Of a stretch of 64,000 nt of DNA, positions 40,024 through 49,678 are shown in pieces. The notes beneath the pieces are model-generated. The model was not told the origin of the DNA, made no database searches, and saw nothing but the letters and a program-made list of their open reading frames with translations. How positions within the stretch are numbered: the stretch's first letter is position 1; the number at the start of each line of letters is the position of its first letter. Made by a program: the position numbers and the translations under genes. The stretch covers positions 10,202-74,201 of the forward strand of contig CALLKF010000164.1 in the NCBI GenBank assembly GCA_938008535.1. Direction: 5' to 3'. The DNA comes from an uncultured Saprospirales bacterium. Lineage in GTDB: Bacteria; Bacteroidota; Bacteroidia; Chitinophagales; JADIYW01.

Positions 40024-41253
40024 TTAACTTAGTTCTTCAATAGCAATTTGCAATGCATTTCTTGAAATAAATCGGTTGTTACTATCTTTTTGATGTACTT
40101 TTTCTAATGCTTTATAAATCACTTTCGATACATCTTGAAAAATAGCGTCATCTGTAATTTTTACATTTTTTCCCATTAAAAAAGCAAACACACGAGCCAT
40201 ACCGCAATTTGCAATAAAATCTGGTATCACGGCTAAATTCTCATCTGCTTTATTTAAAATTTTTCCATAAAAAATTTCAGGATCATTGAATGAAACATTG
40301 GCTCCAGAAGAAATTACTTCAACGCCAGCTTTAATCAGTTCATCTAAGTTGTTTTCATTTACAAAACGTGAACCTGCACATGGAACAAAAATATCAGCTT
40401 TCGTTTTCCAGAACTCGGTTTGTGCTTGCTCAAACGGAATTAAATTTGGATGTGTGAGTTTGTTATTTTTTCTATTTAGAAAGAGCTTTTTGACTTGTTC
40501 AAAATCCAAACCATCATCATCAATCAGAGCGCCTGTGATATCAATAATTGCTGTAATCTTCGCGCCTTGTTGTGCTAAAAAATAGGCTGCTGCAGCACCA
40601 ACATTTCCGAAACCTTGTATGGTTGCTTTTTTGCCAATTAAGTTCTCCTTTTTATACAATTGATAATAATGTTTCACCGATTCAGCAACTCCATATCCAG
40701 TAATCATATCAGCTACTAGATAACCTTCTTTTTTAGATGGCGTATAATCTTCATCTTCAATTAATTTAGAAACACCAACACGCAGTTGTCCTATTTTATT
40801 GATTTTATCTCGTTCTTTTGGATGATAATGACCATTCACAATGCCTTCTTGCGGATGCCAAATGCCATATTCTTCTGTAATAGGAATTACTTCATGGATT
40901 TCATCTACATTCATGTCACCACCGGTTCCGTAATAACTCTTTAAGATTGGAGCTACTGCTTTAAACCAGCGTTCTAATACTTCTTTTTTTCTTGGATCAT
41001 TTGGGTCGAAATTGATACCTGATTTTGCACCACCAATATCTGGTCCTGAAACAGAAAACTTAATTTCCATGGTTTTTGCGAGAGAAACAACTTCGTGTTT
41101 GGTTAAACCTTTGCGCATGCGTGTGCCACCACCAGCTGCACCACCACGCAATGAATTAATAACTAACCAACCTTGAGCATCGGTTTTAGAATCGTTCCAT
41201 TCAAAGACGATTTCTGGATTTTTTTCTTCAAATGGTTTTATAAAATCAGACAT
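40024..41253 (-). CDS. Glu/Leu/Phe/Val dehydrogenase family protein
   Basis: GGAAGGGTRM...GPDIGGAKSGI catalytic-Lys region and the GFGNVG NAD motif. Confidence 0.85.
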   Translation of the reverse strand: MSDFIKPFEEKNPEIVFEWNDSKTDAQGWLVINSLRGGAAGGGTRMRKGLTKHEVVSLAKTMEIKFSVSGPDIGGAKSGINFDPNDPRKKEVLERWFKAVAPILKSYYGTGGDMNVDEIHEVIPITEEYGIWHPQEGIVNGHYHPKERDKINKIGQLRVGVSKLIEDEDYTPSKKEGYLVADMITGYGVAESVKHYYQLYKKENLIGKKATIQGFGNVGAAAAYFLAQQGAKITAIIDITGALIDDDGLDFEQVKKLFLNRKNNKLTHPNLIPFEQAQTEFWKTKADIFVPCAGSRFVNENNLDELIKAGVEVISSGANVSFNDPEIFYGKILNKADENLAVIPDFIANCGMARVFAFLMGKNVKITDDAIFQDVSKVIYKALEKVHQKDSNNRFISRNALQIAIEELS

Positions 41254-41295
41254 AAAGGATTGAACTTTGAGAAATTAGAATTGAGCTTTATAAAA

Positions 41296-41337
41296 TAAAG
41301 ATACAATATTAGTTGTTATGGCAACTAATTTTTTTTG
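41296..41337 (-). promoter_or_regulatory. Predicted promoter of the dehydrogenase gene, overlapped by an 8-bp inverted repeat and an A8/T8 tract
   Basis: On the minus strand: TTG (41322-24), an 18-nt spacer, TATCTTTA (41296-41303). On the plus strand: ATTAGTTG (41308-15) / CAACTAAT (41322-29) followed by T8. Confidence 0.4.
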
Positions 41338-41427
41338 GATTATTTTTTTCAATTTAATATTTTATCGCACTACGAATATCATGAAACAAAACGTCAAAAA
41401 ACAAAATAAAAAATCGATATTTGCAAT

Positions 41428-42006
41428 ATGTTTAAATGGATATTCTTACAGTTATTTAAGTTAAAAGGTTGGAAATTGAACACCAATACTATTTACAATT
41501 ACAAGCAATCAGTTGTAATAGCAGCACCGCACACTTCCAATTGGGATGGCGTATTAATGGTTGCCGCTTTTGACATCATGAAACTGCCAATCAAATTTAC
41601 GTTAAAAAAAGAATGGTTTCGTTTTCCATTTGGAAAAATTGCCCGAGCAATGGGTGGCATTGCAATCGACAGAACACCGAAAAAAGCTGGTGAGGCAAGA
41701 CCAAGTATGACGGAAGCAATTGCCAATCTTTTTAAAGAAAATGAAATTTTGCATATTGCATTTACACCAGAAGGAACACGCTCGTTAAGAACGGAATGGA
41801 AAATGGGTTTTTATCATGCTGCAAAAATGGCAAATGTGCCTATTTTATTAGGTTATTTAGATTATAAAGATAAAATTGCTGGTATCGGAAAAGTGATTAT
41901 TCCATCCGATAATATGGAGCAGGATTTGCGAGAAATTATGGCATTTTATAAAGATATTTCTGGCTGTCATCCTGAAAAATTTAGTGTTGATTTAAGGTAC
42001 ATTTAA
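41428..42006 (+). CDS. Lysophospholipid (1-acyl-sn-glycerol-3-phosphate type) acyltransferase, paralogue 1
   Basis: HxxxxD motif APHTSNWD and the FTPEGTRS motif. Confidence 0.8.
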   Translation: MFKWIFLQLFKLKGWKLNTNTIYNYKQSVVIAAPHTSNWDGVLMVAAFDIMKLPIKFTLKKEWFRFPFGKIARAMGGIAIDRTPKKAGEARPSMTEAIANLFKENEILHIAFTPEGTRSLRTEWKMGFYHAAKMANVPILLGYLDYKDKIAGIGKVIIPSDNMEQDLREIMAFYKDISGCHPEKFSVDLRYI

Positions 42007-42079
42007 GAGTAACAAGTTATAAGTAGTAAGGAAAAAAGTTAGTTATTTTACTTTTACCTTTGCGCTTTAATTATAAGAT

Positions 42080-42664
42080 ATGCTTAAAATAATTTCTCGA
42101 TTAATTTTATTGGTTAAAGGTTGGACGTATAATGTAGATGCGCTAAAAACTTTAGATAAATGTGTGTTGATTGTTGCACCACACACTTCGGCTTGGGACA
42201 TGGCAATAGGTAAAGCCATATTTGTATTGGCAAAAGTTCCTGCAAAAATTGCCATAAAGAAAGAAGCATTTTTTTGGCCTTTGAATTGGGTTTTGCGCTA
42301 CTTAGGCGGATTTCCGATTGACAGAACACCTAAAGACGGCACCAAACAGCGATTAAGTTTAACAGATGCTTTGGTATATTCTGTAAAAAAAGAGAAAAAA
42401 ATATGTTTAGTAATTACACCTGAAGGTTCGCGTGGAAAACGCAAGCAATGGAAAACAGGTTTTTATCATATAGCAGTAAAAGCGCAAGTACCGATTGCTT
42501 TAGGTTATTTGGATTTTGACGTGAAAGAAGGAATCGTTGACAAAATTTTTTACCCAACTGGTGATATGGATAAAGATATGCGTGAAATAATGGATTATTA
42601 CAAAGATAAAACGCATTTAGGAAAATATCCGAACCGTTGTGTAACAGATGAGCGTTGGTCTTGA
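42080..42664 (+). CDS. Lysophospholipid acyltransferase, paralogue 2
   Basis: APHTSAWD and ITPEGSRG. Collinear with the upstream paralogue over the full length. Confidence 0.8.
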   Translation: MLKIISRLILLVKGWTYNVDALKTLDKCVLIVAPHTSAWDMAIGKAIFVLAKVPAKIAIKKEAFFWPLNWVLRYLGGFPIDRTPKDGTKQRLSLTDALVYSVKKEKKICLVITPEGSRGKRKQWKTGFYHIAVKAQVPIALGYLDFDVKEGIVDKIFYPTGDMDKDMREIMDYYKDKTHLGKYPNRCVTDERWS

Positions 42665-42666
42665 GT

Positions 42667-43263
42667 TTAAAACAATGTCACTATTTCTGGTTTCAATAAT
42701 TGGAAAGTATGTCGATGATATATACAACTACCAAATTCTTTTACAGCATTTCTGTGTGCAATAGTTGGATAACCTTTGTTTTTTTGCCAATTATAATCTG
42801 GAAATTCGTCATGCATTTTTTCCATGAGTTCATCACGATAAGTTTTTGCTAAAATAGAAGCTGACGCAATTTCTATATAAGTAGAATCACCTTTTATAAT
42901 AGTTTGATGTGCTATATTTTTATAAGGTTTAAAACGATTTCCATCTATCAATAATAATGTAGGTTGCTTTTTTAATTGATCTATAGCTTGATGCATCGCT
43001 AAATACGTTGCTTGTAAAATATTGACTTCATCAATTTTATGATTATCGATAATTCCAACACCAAAAGCAATGGCGTTTTCTTCAATAATGGGTCGTAATT
43101 CATTGCGTTGTTTTTCGGTTAATTGCTTGGAATCGTTTAAAAAATCGTGTTTAAATTTTTTAGGTAAGATAACTGCGGCTGCTACCACAGGACCAGCAAT
43201 GCAACCGCGACCAGCTTCATCTACGCCACAAATAATTTTAGTTGATGGAAAATGTTGTAACAC
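42667..43263 (-). CDS. rnhB: Ribonuclease HII
   Basis: GVDEAGRGCIAGPVV, DSKQL and ASILAK motifs. Confidence 0.92.
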   Translation of the reverse strand: MLQHFPSTKIICGVDEAGRGCIAGPVVAAAVILPKKFKHDFLNDSKQLTEKQRNELRPIIEENAIAFGVGIIDNHKIDEVNILQATYLAMHQAIDQLKKQPTLLLIDGNRFKPYKNIAHQTIIKGDSTYIEIASASILAKTYRDELMEKMHDEFPDYNWQKNKGYPTIAHRNAVKEFGSCIYHRHTFQLLKPEIVTLF

Positions 43264-43360
43264 TTCTTTGAATTTTCACTACGCAAGTTAAATAGTTTAT
43301 GAGAATTTTAATCAAAAAATCTTTCTATCTTGATTCGATAAATCATTCATTAATAAAAAT

Positions 43361-43813
43361 ATGCGCATCATACTTCAACGAGTTACAAGCTGCTCTGTAA
43401 CTATCGATCAAAAACTAAAAAGCCAAATCGGAAACGGCTTATTAGTTCTTTTAGGAATAGAAGAAAACGATACTGAAACGGACATCGAATGGTTAGTAAA
43501 AAAAATTGTTCAGATGCGTATTTTTTCAGATGAAGTCGGTAAAATGAATTTGTCTGTTAAAGATATAGATGGTGATATTTTAATAGTTTCACAATTTACT
43601 TTGTTCGCTTCTACTAAAAAAGGAAATCGACCTAGTTTTACGCGCTCTGCAAAACCAGAAATAGCGATTCCTCTCTATGAAAAATTTATTATCGAAACAG
43701 AAAAAAAATTCGGTAAAAAAATACAAACTGGAACATTTGGAGCCGATATGAAAGTGCAAATTTTAAATGACGGACCTGTTACCATCATAATCGACAGCAA
43801 ACAAGCCGAATAG
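43361..43813 (+). CDS. dtd: D-aminoacyl-tRNA deacylase
   Basis: MRIILQRV..., SQFTL and NDGPVT motifs. 150 aa. Confidence 0.92.
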   Translation: MRIILQRVTSCSVTIDQKLKSQIGNGLLVLLGIEENDTETDIEWLVKKIVQMRIFSDEVGKMNLSVKDIDGDILIVSQFTLFASTKKGNRPSFTRSAKPEIAIPLYEKFIIETEKKFGKKIQTGTFGADMKVQILNDGPVTIIIDSKQAE

Positions 43814-43916
43814 TCAAATTGTATTTTTTTTCATTCCGACAAGCACAATTTTCATTTTTTTTTCACGTTCTGTACACATCCTTGTTGAAATTTTGTTTTT
43901 GTGTTGGTATTGATGT

Positions 43917-43979
43917 TAATCAATTAAAAATCAACGCATAATTGATTATTCACATATCCAATAAACAGCGTGTGGAAAA
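43917..43979. promoter_or_regulatory. Candidate operator region upstream of nrdB: 10-bp inverted repeat plus two convergent DnaA-box-like 9-mers
   Basis: TAATCAATTA (43917-26) and TAATTGATTA (43939-48) are exact reverse complements. TTATTCACA (43946-54, plus strand) and TTTTCCACA (complement of 43971-79) both fit TTWTNCACA. Confidence 0.35.
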
Positions 43980-44112
43980 GTTAAAATAGGGTTTTTAAAA
44001 TGATTGAAGTAGCTTTAAAGAGTCGAAAGGCATAAAAACACAAAAAACACCTTTTATATAAAAAATATTAAATCGTTTTAAACTTTTTAATTAAAAAAGA
44101 AAAAACACTAGC

Positions 44113-45087
44113 ATGGAAATGACAAATGTGACAGAAAAGATTTTACAACAAGCAGACAATAGATTTGTGCTATTTCCTATTAAATATGATGCAATTTGGG
44201 CAATGTATAAAAAACACTTGGCTGCACATTGGGTAACCGAAGAAGTGGATTTGAGCCAAGATCAAATTGACTGGGACAAGTTAACCGATAACGAACGATT
44301 TTTTGTAAAAAACGTGTTGGCATTTTTCGCTGCTAGTGATGGTATTGTAAATGAAAATTTAGTAGTAAATTTTATGCAAGACGTTACCATTCCAGAAGTG
44401 CGTTGTTTCTATGGATTTCAGGTAGCTATCGAAAATATTCATTCAGAAATGTATTCATTGTTGATTGATACCTTTATTAAAGACAATGACGAGAAAGATA
44501 AAATGTTCAATGCAATCGACACCTTAGATTGTGTGAAGAAAAAAGCAACCTGGGCTTTAAAATGGATTGATACAGCACCATCGTTTGCACACCGATTAGT
44601 GGCTTTTGCAGCAGTTGAAGGCATTTTCTTCAGTGGTAGCTTTTGCTCAATCTATTGGTTAACGGATAGAGGCATGATGAAAGGTTTAGGCAAATCAAAC
44701 GAATTCATCAGCCGAGACGAAGGTATGCACTGTGATTTCGCTTGTCTTCTTTATTCTATGCTTGAAAATAAATTGAGCAAAGAAGAAGTATATCAAATTA
44801 TTTGTGATGCTGTTGAGTGCGAAAAAATATTTGTAAAAGAATCATTACCTGTTTCATTAATTGGAATGAATGCAGATTTAATGTGTAACTATATAGAATT
44901 TGTTGCCGACAGATTATTACTTTCATTAGGTTATCCTAAAGTGTACAACGCTACCAATCCGTTTCCGTTTATGGACAAAATTTCCCAACAAGGCAAAACA
45001 AATTTCTTTGAAGAAAGACCAACCGAATACGTAAAAGCTGGTGTAGAATCTGGTGAAAAAGTATTCTCTCTTTCTGAAGACTTTTAA
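44113..45087 (+). CDS. nrdB: Class Ia ribonucleotide reductase, beta (R2) subunit
   Basis: Di-iron and tyrosyl radical motifs: [34 protein letters not shown]. Confidence 0.93.
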   Translation: MEMTNVTEKILQQADNRFVLFPIKYDAIWAMYKKHLAAHWVTEEVDLSQDQIDWDKLTDNERFFVKNVLAFFAASDGIVNENLVVNFMQDVTIPEVRCFYGFQVAIENIHSEMYSLLIDTFIKDNDEKDKMFNAIDTLDCVKKKATWALKWIDTAPSFAHRLVAFAAVEGIFFSGSFCSIYWLTDRGMMKGLGKSNEFISRDEGMHCDFACLLYSMLENKLSKEEVYQIICDAVECEKIFVKESLPVSLIGMNADLMCNYIEFVADRLLLSLGYPKVYNATNPFPFMDKISQQGKTNFFEERPTEYVKAGVESGEKVFSLSEDF

Positions 45088-45105
45088 GTAAAATATACCA
45101 TGATT

Positions 45106-45150
45106 TTCAAGTGACTTTAATCACTTGAATCAAAGAAGTTTCTTTTTTTG
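45106..45150 (+). other. Intercistronic hairpin between nrdB and nrdA
   Basis: 9-bp stem TTCAAGTGA / TCACTTGAA with a 6-nt loop, followed by AAGAAGTTTCTTTTTTT (a second weak stem plus a T run). Confidence 0.5.
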
Positions 45151-45173
45151 AAAAAATATAAAACAATTAAACT

Positions 45174-47687
45174 ATGTACGTTTTAAAACGCGATGGTCGC
45201 AAAGAACCTGTCCATTTTGACAAAATCACTGCACGCATCAACAAGCTTTCTTTCGCTTTAAATTCTACGTTTGTGCAACCACATCGCGTGGCACAAAGCG
45301 TTATTCAAGGTTTGTATGATGGCGTAACGACAACTGAATTAGATGAGTTGGCTGCACGTACTAGTGCCAACATGACCGTTGTGCATCCAGATTATGCAGT
45401 TTTGGCTGCTCGCATCGCGGTATCTAACTTGCATAAAAACACCAAGAAAAATTTCTCTCGAATCATCGAAGAATTATATCATTTCATCGATCCGAAAACA
45501 GATAAAAATGCTTCTTTAATTGCTGAAGATGTGTTTGAAATCATCATGGCAAACAGAGACCGTTTAGATTCTGCTATTGTACATCACCGAGATTATAATT
45601 ATGATTATTTTGGTTTTAAAACATTAGAACGTTCTTATCTTTTAAAATTAAACGGAAAAGTAGTTGAGCGACCTCAACATATGCTGATGCGCGTAGCAGT
45701 TGGTATTCATAAAAATGATATTGACGCAGCTATTGAGACATACGATTTGATGTCTGAAAAATGGTTCACGCATGCAACGCCAACATTATTTAATGCAGGC
45801 ACACCAAAACCGCAATTGTCATCTTGCTTTTTATTAACGATGAAAGATGATAGTATCAGTGGTATTTATGAAACATTGACGCAATGCGCAAAAATTTCGC
45901 AATCAGCTGGTGGAATTGGTTTAAGCACACACAACATCAGAGCAAAAGGTAGTTATATAAAAGGTACTAACGGCGAAAGCAACGGCTTGGTACCGATGTT
46001 GCAAGTATTCAACTCAACCGCAAGATACGTAGATCAAGGTGGTGGCAAACGCAAAGGTGCATTTGCTATTTATTTAGAACCATGGCACGCTGACGTATTT
46101 GAATTTTTAGAATTACGCAGACCGCACGGAAAAGAAGAAATGAAAGCGCGTGATTTATTTTTCGCACTTTGGATTCCAGATTTATTCATGAAACGTGTTC
46201 GTGAAAACGGTATGTGGTCATTGATGTGTCCTAGCGAATGTCCAGGTTTATGTGATACGTACGGTGATGAATTCGAAGCATTATATTTAAAATATGAGGC
46301 AGAAGGAAAAGCACGCAGACAAGTAAAAGCACAAGAATTGTGGTTCCATGTATTGGATAGCCAAATTGAAACAGGAACACCATATATGTTGTACAAAGAT
46401 CATGTCAACAGAAAATCAAATCAGAAAAATTTAGGCGTTATTCGTTCATCGAATTTATGTACTGAAATTATGGAATATACTTCACCAGATGAAGTTGCGG
46501 TATGTAATTTGGCATCAATCAATTTGAGTAGATTTATCGACGTTGAAAATAAAACATTCGATTTCCAAAAACTATATGATATCACGTACATCGTTACCAA
46601 AAATTTAAATAAAGTAATTGATGTCAACTACTATCCAGTAGAAGAAGCACGTAGAAGCAATATGCGTCATCGTCCGGTTGGACTAGGTGTACAAGGTTTA
46701 GCTGATGCATTTTTGATGTTGCGTCATCCGTTTGAAAGCGAAGAAGCACGCATCTTAAACAAAAATATTTTTGAAACAATTTATTTCGCTGCATTAAGTG
46801 CTTCTAAAGATTTAGCAAAAGTAGACGGTGCATACGAAACCTTCAAAGGATCACCGATCAGCAACGGCGTTTTCCAATTTGATATGTGGAACGTTACACC
46901 AACTGACCGATGGAACTGGAATGCATTACGTGAAGAAATCATGGAACACGGTGTGCGTAATAGTTTATTAGTTGCACCAATGCCTACTGCTTCCACTTCT
47001 CAAATTTTAGGAAATAATGAATGCTTCGAGCCATATACATCTAACATTTATACACGTCGTGTGTTGAGTGGTCAATTTATGGTGGTGAACAAACATCTTT
47101 TAAAAGATTTGATTGAATTAGGTTTATGGAGCGATGAAATGAAAAACGCGATTGTTGCCAACAATGGTTCTATTCAAGCAATCGAAGGTATTCCGTATGA
47201 TGTAAAAGAATTATACAAAACAGCTTGGGAAATCAAACAAAAATCGATTATTGAGATGGCAGCAGATCGTGGCGCATTTATCGATCAAAGCCAAAGTTTG
47301 AATATTTTCATGGAAAGTCCTAATTATCAAAAATTAAATTCGGCTCACTTCTACGCTTGGGACAAAGGTTTGAAAACGGGTATGTATTACTTGCGTTCTC
47401 GTCCATCTGTTGATCCAATTAAATTTACAGTTGATGTAGAAAAAGCTAAACAAACCAATGCAACTGCAAAAGTAAGCACGATTGATATTGATAAGATTGC
47501 TGCACCTATTTATGAAGGCGTTGCAACTGCACAACAAGAAATTTTTGCAGTGGCAGAACCACAGATTGCAGAAAAATCTGTTGAAGAACGCGCTGCAGAA
47601 TTTGGTATGACGGTAGAAGAGTTTTTAGCAGCATCAAAAGTTTGCTCTACAGAAAATCCTGGTGAATGCGAAATGTGCGGTTCGTAA
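45174..47687 (+). CDS. nrdA: Class Ia ribonucleotide reductase, alpha (R1) subunit
   Basis: N-terminal ATP-cone ([16 protein letters not shown]). Active-site SNLCTEI and [11 protein letters not shown]-terminal CxxC tail (CEMCGS). Confidence 0.93.
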   Translation: MYVLKRDGRKEPVHFDKITARINKLSFALNSTFVQPHRVAQSVIQGLYDGVTTTELDELAARTSANMTVVHPDYAVLAARIAVSNLHKNTKKNFSRIIEELYHFIDPKTDKNASLIAEDVFEIIMANRDRLDSAIVHHRDYNYDYFGFKTLERSYLLKLNGKVVERPQHMLMRVAVGIHKNDIDAAIETYDLMSEKWFTHATPTLFNAGTPKPQLSSCFLLTMKDDSISGIYETLTQCAKISQSAGGIGLSTHNIRAKGSYIKGTNGESNGLVPMLQVFNSTARYVDQGGGKRKGAFAIYLEPWHADVFEFLELRRPHGKEEMKARDLFFALWIPDLFMKRVRENGMWSLMCPSECPGLCDTYGDEFEALYLKYEAEGKARRQVKAQELWFHVLDSQIETGTPYMLYKDHVNRKSNQKNLGVIRSSNLCTEIMEYTSPDEVAVCNLASINLSRFIDVENKTFDFQKLYDITYIVTKNLNKVIDVNYYPVEEARRSNMRHRPVGLGVQGLADAFLMLRHPFESEEARILNKNIFETIYFAALSASKDLAKVDGAYETFKGSPISNGVFQFDMWNVTPTDRWNWNALREEIMEHGVRNSLLVAPMPTASTSQILGNNECFEPYTSNIYTRRVLSGQFMVVNKHLLKDLIELGLWSDEMKNAIVANNGSIQAIEGIPYDVKELYKTAWEIKQKSIIEMAADRGAFIDQSQSLNIFMESPNYQKLNSAHFYAWDKGLKTGMYYLRSRPSVDPIKFTVDVEKAKQTNATAKVSTIDIDKIAAPIYEGVATAQQEIFAVAEPQIAEKSVEERAAEFGMTVEEFLAASKVCSTENPGECEMCGS

Positions 47688-47715
47688 TTAAAAATTAACT
47701 AGCTATTTTTTATAT

Positions 47716-47747
47716 AGTTCCGAACTTTTAGTTCGGAATTTTTTTAT
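47716..47747 (+). terminator. Intrinsic terminator after nrdA
   Basis: Stem TTCCGAAC / GTTCGGAA, loop TTTTA, then a T7 run. Confidence 0.8.
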
Positions 47748-47790
47748 TTATGAAATAGTTGCTATATTTACTCTATAATTCTAGTAGAGT

Positions 47791-48348
47791 ATGCAATTCT
47801 TACAACAACCTTTTGCTTGGTATATCGCAGGTCCATTAATAGCAATGAATCTATTTTTATTGCTTTATTTTGGACAACGATTTGGCTTGTCCACATCCAT
47901 GAAAACAACATGTGCTGCGCTTGGTGCAGGAAAAAACGTTCCGTTTTTCAAGTATGATTGGAAGAAAGAATCCTGGTTATTAGTTTATGTTTTAGGTTCT
48001 GTTATTGGTGGTTTTATTGCGTTTCATTTTTTAAATGCAGGCGCGCCAGTAATCGTTTCAGAAAAAACTACTGTAGCATTACAACATTTGAATATCGTAG
48101 CGAACCAATCGTTTGAACCAGCGGAAATTTTTTCAATACAAAATTTATTTACCTTGAAAGGAATTTTCATTTTAATACTTGGTGGATTTTTAATTGGTTT
48201 CGGTACACGTTGGGCAAATGGTTGCACGTCTGGGCACGCCATTTCTGGTTTAAGCGATTTCCAATTGCCATCATTAGTTGCAGTCATTGGCTTTTTTATT
48301 GGTGGTTTGGTGATGACACATCTTTTAATTCCAATTTTATTCAGATAA
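47791..48348 (+). CDS. YeeE/YedE family sulfur-compound transporter, half 1
   Basis: Polytopic, with the GCTSGH motif (ANGCTSGHAISG) typical of YeeE/YedE. Confidence 0.8.
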   Translation: MQFLQQPFAWYIAGPLIAMNLFLLLYFGQRFGLSTSMKTTCAALGAGKNVPFFKYDWKKESWLLVYVLGSVIGGFIAFHFLNAGAPVIVSEKTTVALQHLNIVANQSFEPAEIFSIQNLFTLKGIFILILGGFLIGFGTRWANGCTSGHAISGLSDFQLPSLVAVIGFFIGGLVMTHLLIPILFR

Positions 48349-48401
48349 AAAAACCAATTGAATTCAAAAAATCATTTCAATCAATTTAATCATACAAATC
48401 A

Positions 48402-48818
48402 ATGCTAAAAAATATAAAATTCTTACTACTAGGTGTTTTCTTTGGAATTGTAATGGCAAAAGCACAAGTCATTTCGTGGTTTCGCATTTATGAAATGTTT
48501 CGCTTCGAAGCATTTCACATGTACGGCATCATTGGAAGCGCAGTTGTGCTTGGTGTTATCATTGTTCAATTTATAAAACGAAGCAATTTAAAATCGATTG
48601 ATGGTACTATAATCACTATCGAATCGAAACCAAAAACGTATAAAGCAAGCATATTTGGAGGCATTTTATTTGGATTGGGTTGGGCCTTGGTTGGTGCTTG
48701 TCCAGGACCAATTTACGTTTTAATTGGTGCTGGTTTTTATGGTTTTATAATTGTGTTGCTAAGTGCGCTTTTCGGTACGTTTTGCTATGGTTTGGTGAAA
48801 GAAAAATTGCCACATTAG
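48402..48818 (+). CDS. YeeE/YedE-related membrane protein, half 2
   Basis: 138 aa, polytopic, with a GACPG motif. Adjacent to and co-oriented with half 1. Confidence 0.65.
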   Translation: MLKNIKFLLLGVFFGIVMAKAQVISWFRIYEMFRFEAFHMYGIIGSAVVLGVIIVQFIKRSNLKSIDGTIITIESKPKTYKASIFGGILFGLGWALVGACPGPIYVLIGAGFYGFIIVLLSALFGTFCYGLVKEKLPH

Positions 48819-48886
48819 TTTAGGAACTTTTCTTTTTAAAGAATTGTTCAATATATTTTCTAATTTCGTTTTCTAAAATTAAAATC

Positions 48887-49195
48887 ATGTATCAGGATTT
48901 AACACCAAAAGAATTTTTACAAGCATTTGAATCTACCGAAAATAAAATATTAGTAGATGTGCGTACGCCTTTAGAAATTGAAGACGCGAGCATCGATGGA
49001 CATATCGCTATCAATTTTCAATCAGCAGATTTTCCTGCAAAAATCTTAGAACTAGATAAAGACAAAACTCTTTTTATTTATTGCAGAAGCGGCAATCGCA
49101 GCGGACAAGCATGTAAATTCTTAGCATCAAAAGGTTACGATAAATTGGTAAACCTAAAAGGTGGTATGCTAGCATGGGCCGAAACGGATTTTTAG
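48887..49195 (+). CDS. Single-domain rhodanese (sulfurtransferase)
   Basis: Active-site loop CRSGNRS. 102 aa. Confidence 0.85.
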   Translation: MYQDLTPKEFLQAFESTENKILVDVRTPLEIEDASIDGHIAINFQSADFPAKILELDKDKTLFIYCRSGNRSGQACKFLASKGYDKLVNLKGGMLAWAETDF

Positions 49196-49216
49196 TAACC
49201 GCTCAATATATTTTGA

Positions 49217-49678
49217 ATGCTTAGTTATGAAAAAGCAACCGCAAATGATGGCGAACAACTAACACAAATTGCGTATAGTTCTAAACGTTATTGGAACTAT
49301 TCAAATGCGCAAATGTTGCTTTGGAAAGATGATTTGACCATCGATTCCAATTATATTTTAGGTAACCTTGTTTACAAAGTTTTTAATCAAAAAACATGCA
49401 TTGGATTTTATGCGTTGAAATTTGATGATAATGAAAACTGTTATGAGATTGATCATCTTTGGTTGATGCCTGAAAATATAAACAAAGGATTTGGTGCAAT
49501 TATTTTTAAAAATATTATTGCGCAACTTTCAGAACTTAAACAAAAAAGGTGCACGCTAATTGCGGAACCTAACGCTATTGGATTTTATAAAAAGATGAAT
49601 GGCAAAATAATAAGAAGTTTTGAAAGTAAAATTCCGGGAAGAATGCTGGATGTGTATGAGTTTAAAACAAATCAATAA
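49217..49678 (+). CDS. GNAT family N-acetyltransferase
   Basis: 153 aa with an acetyl-CoA motif-A-like region (NINKGFGAIIFKN). Confidence 0.65.
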   Translation: MLSYEKATANDGEQLTQIAYSSKRYWNYSNAQMLLWKDDLTIDSNYILGNLVYKVFNQKTCIGFYALKFDDNENCYEIDHLWLMPENINKGFGAIIFKNIIAQLSELKQKRCTLIAEPNAIGFYKKMNGKIIRSFESKIPGRMLDVYEFKTNQ

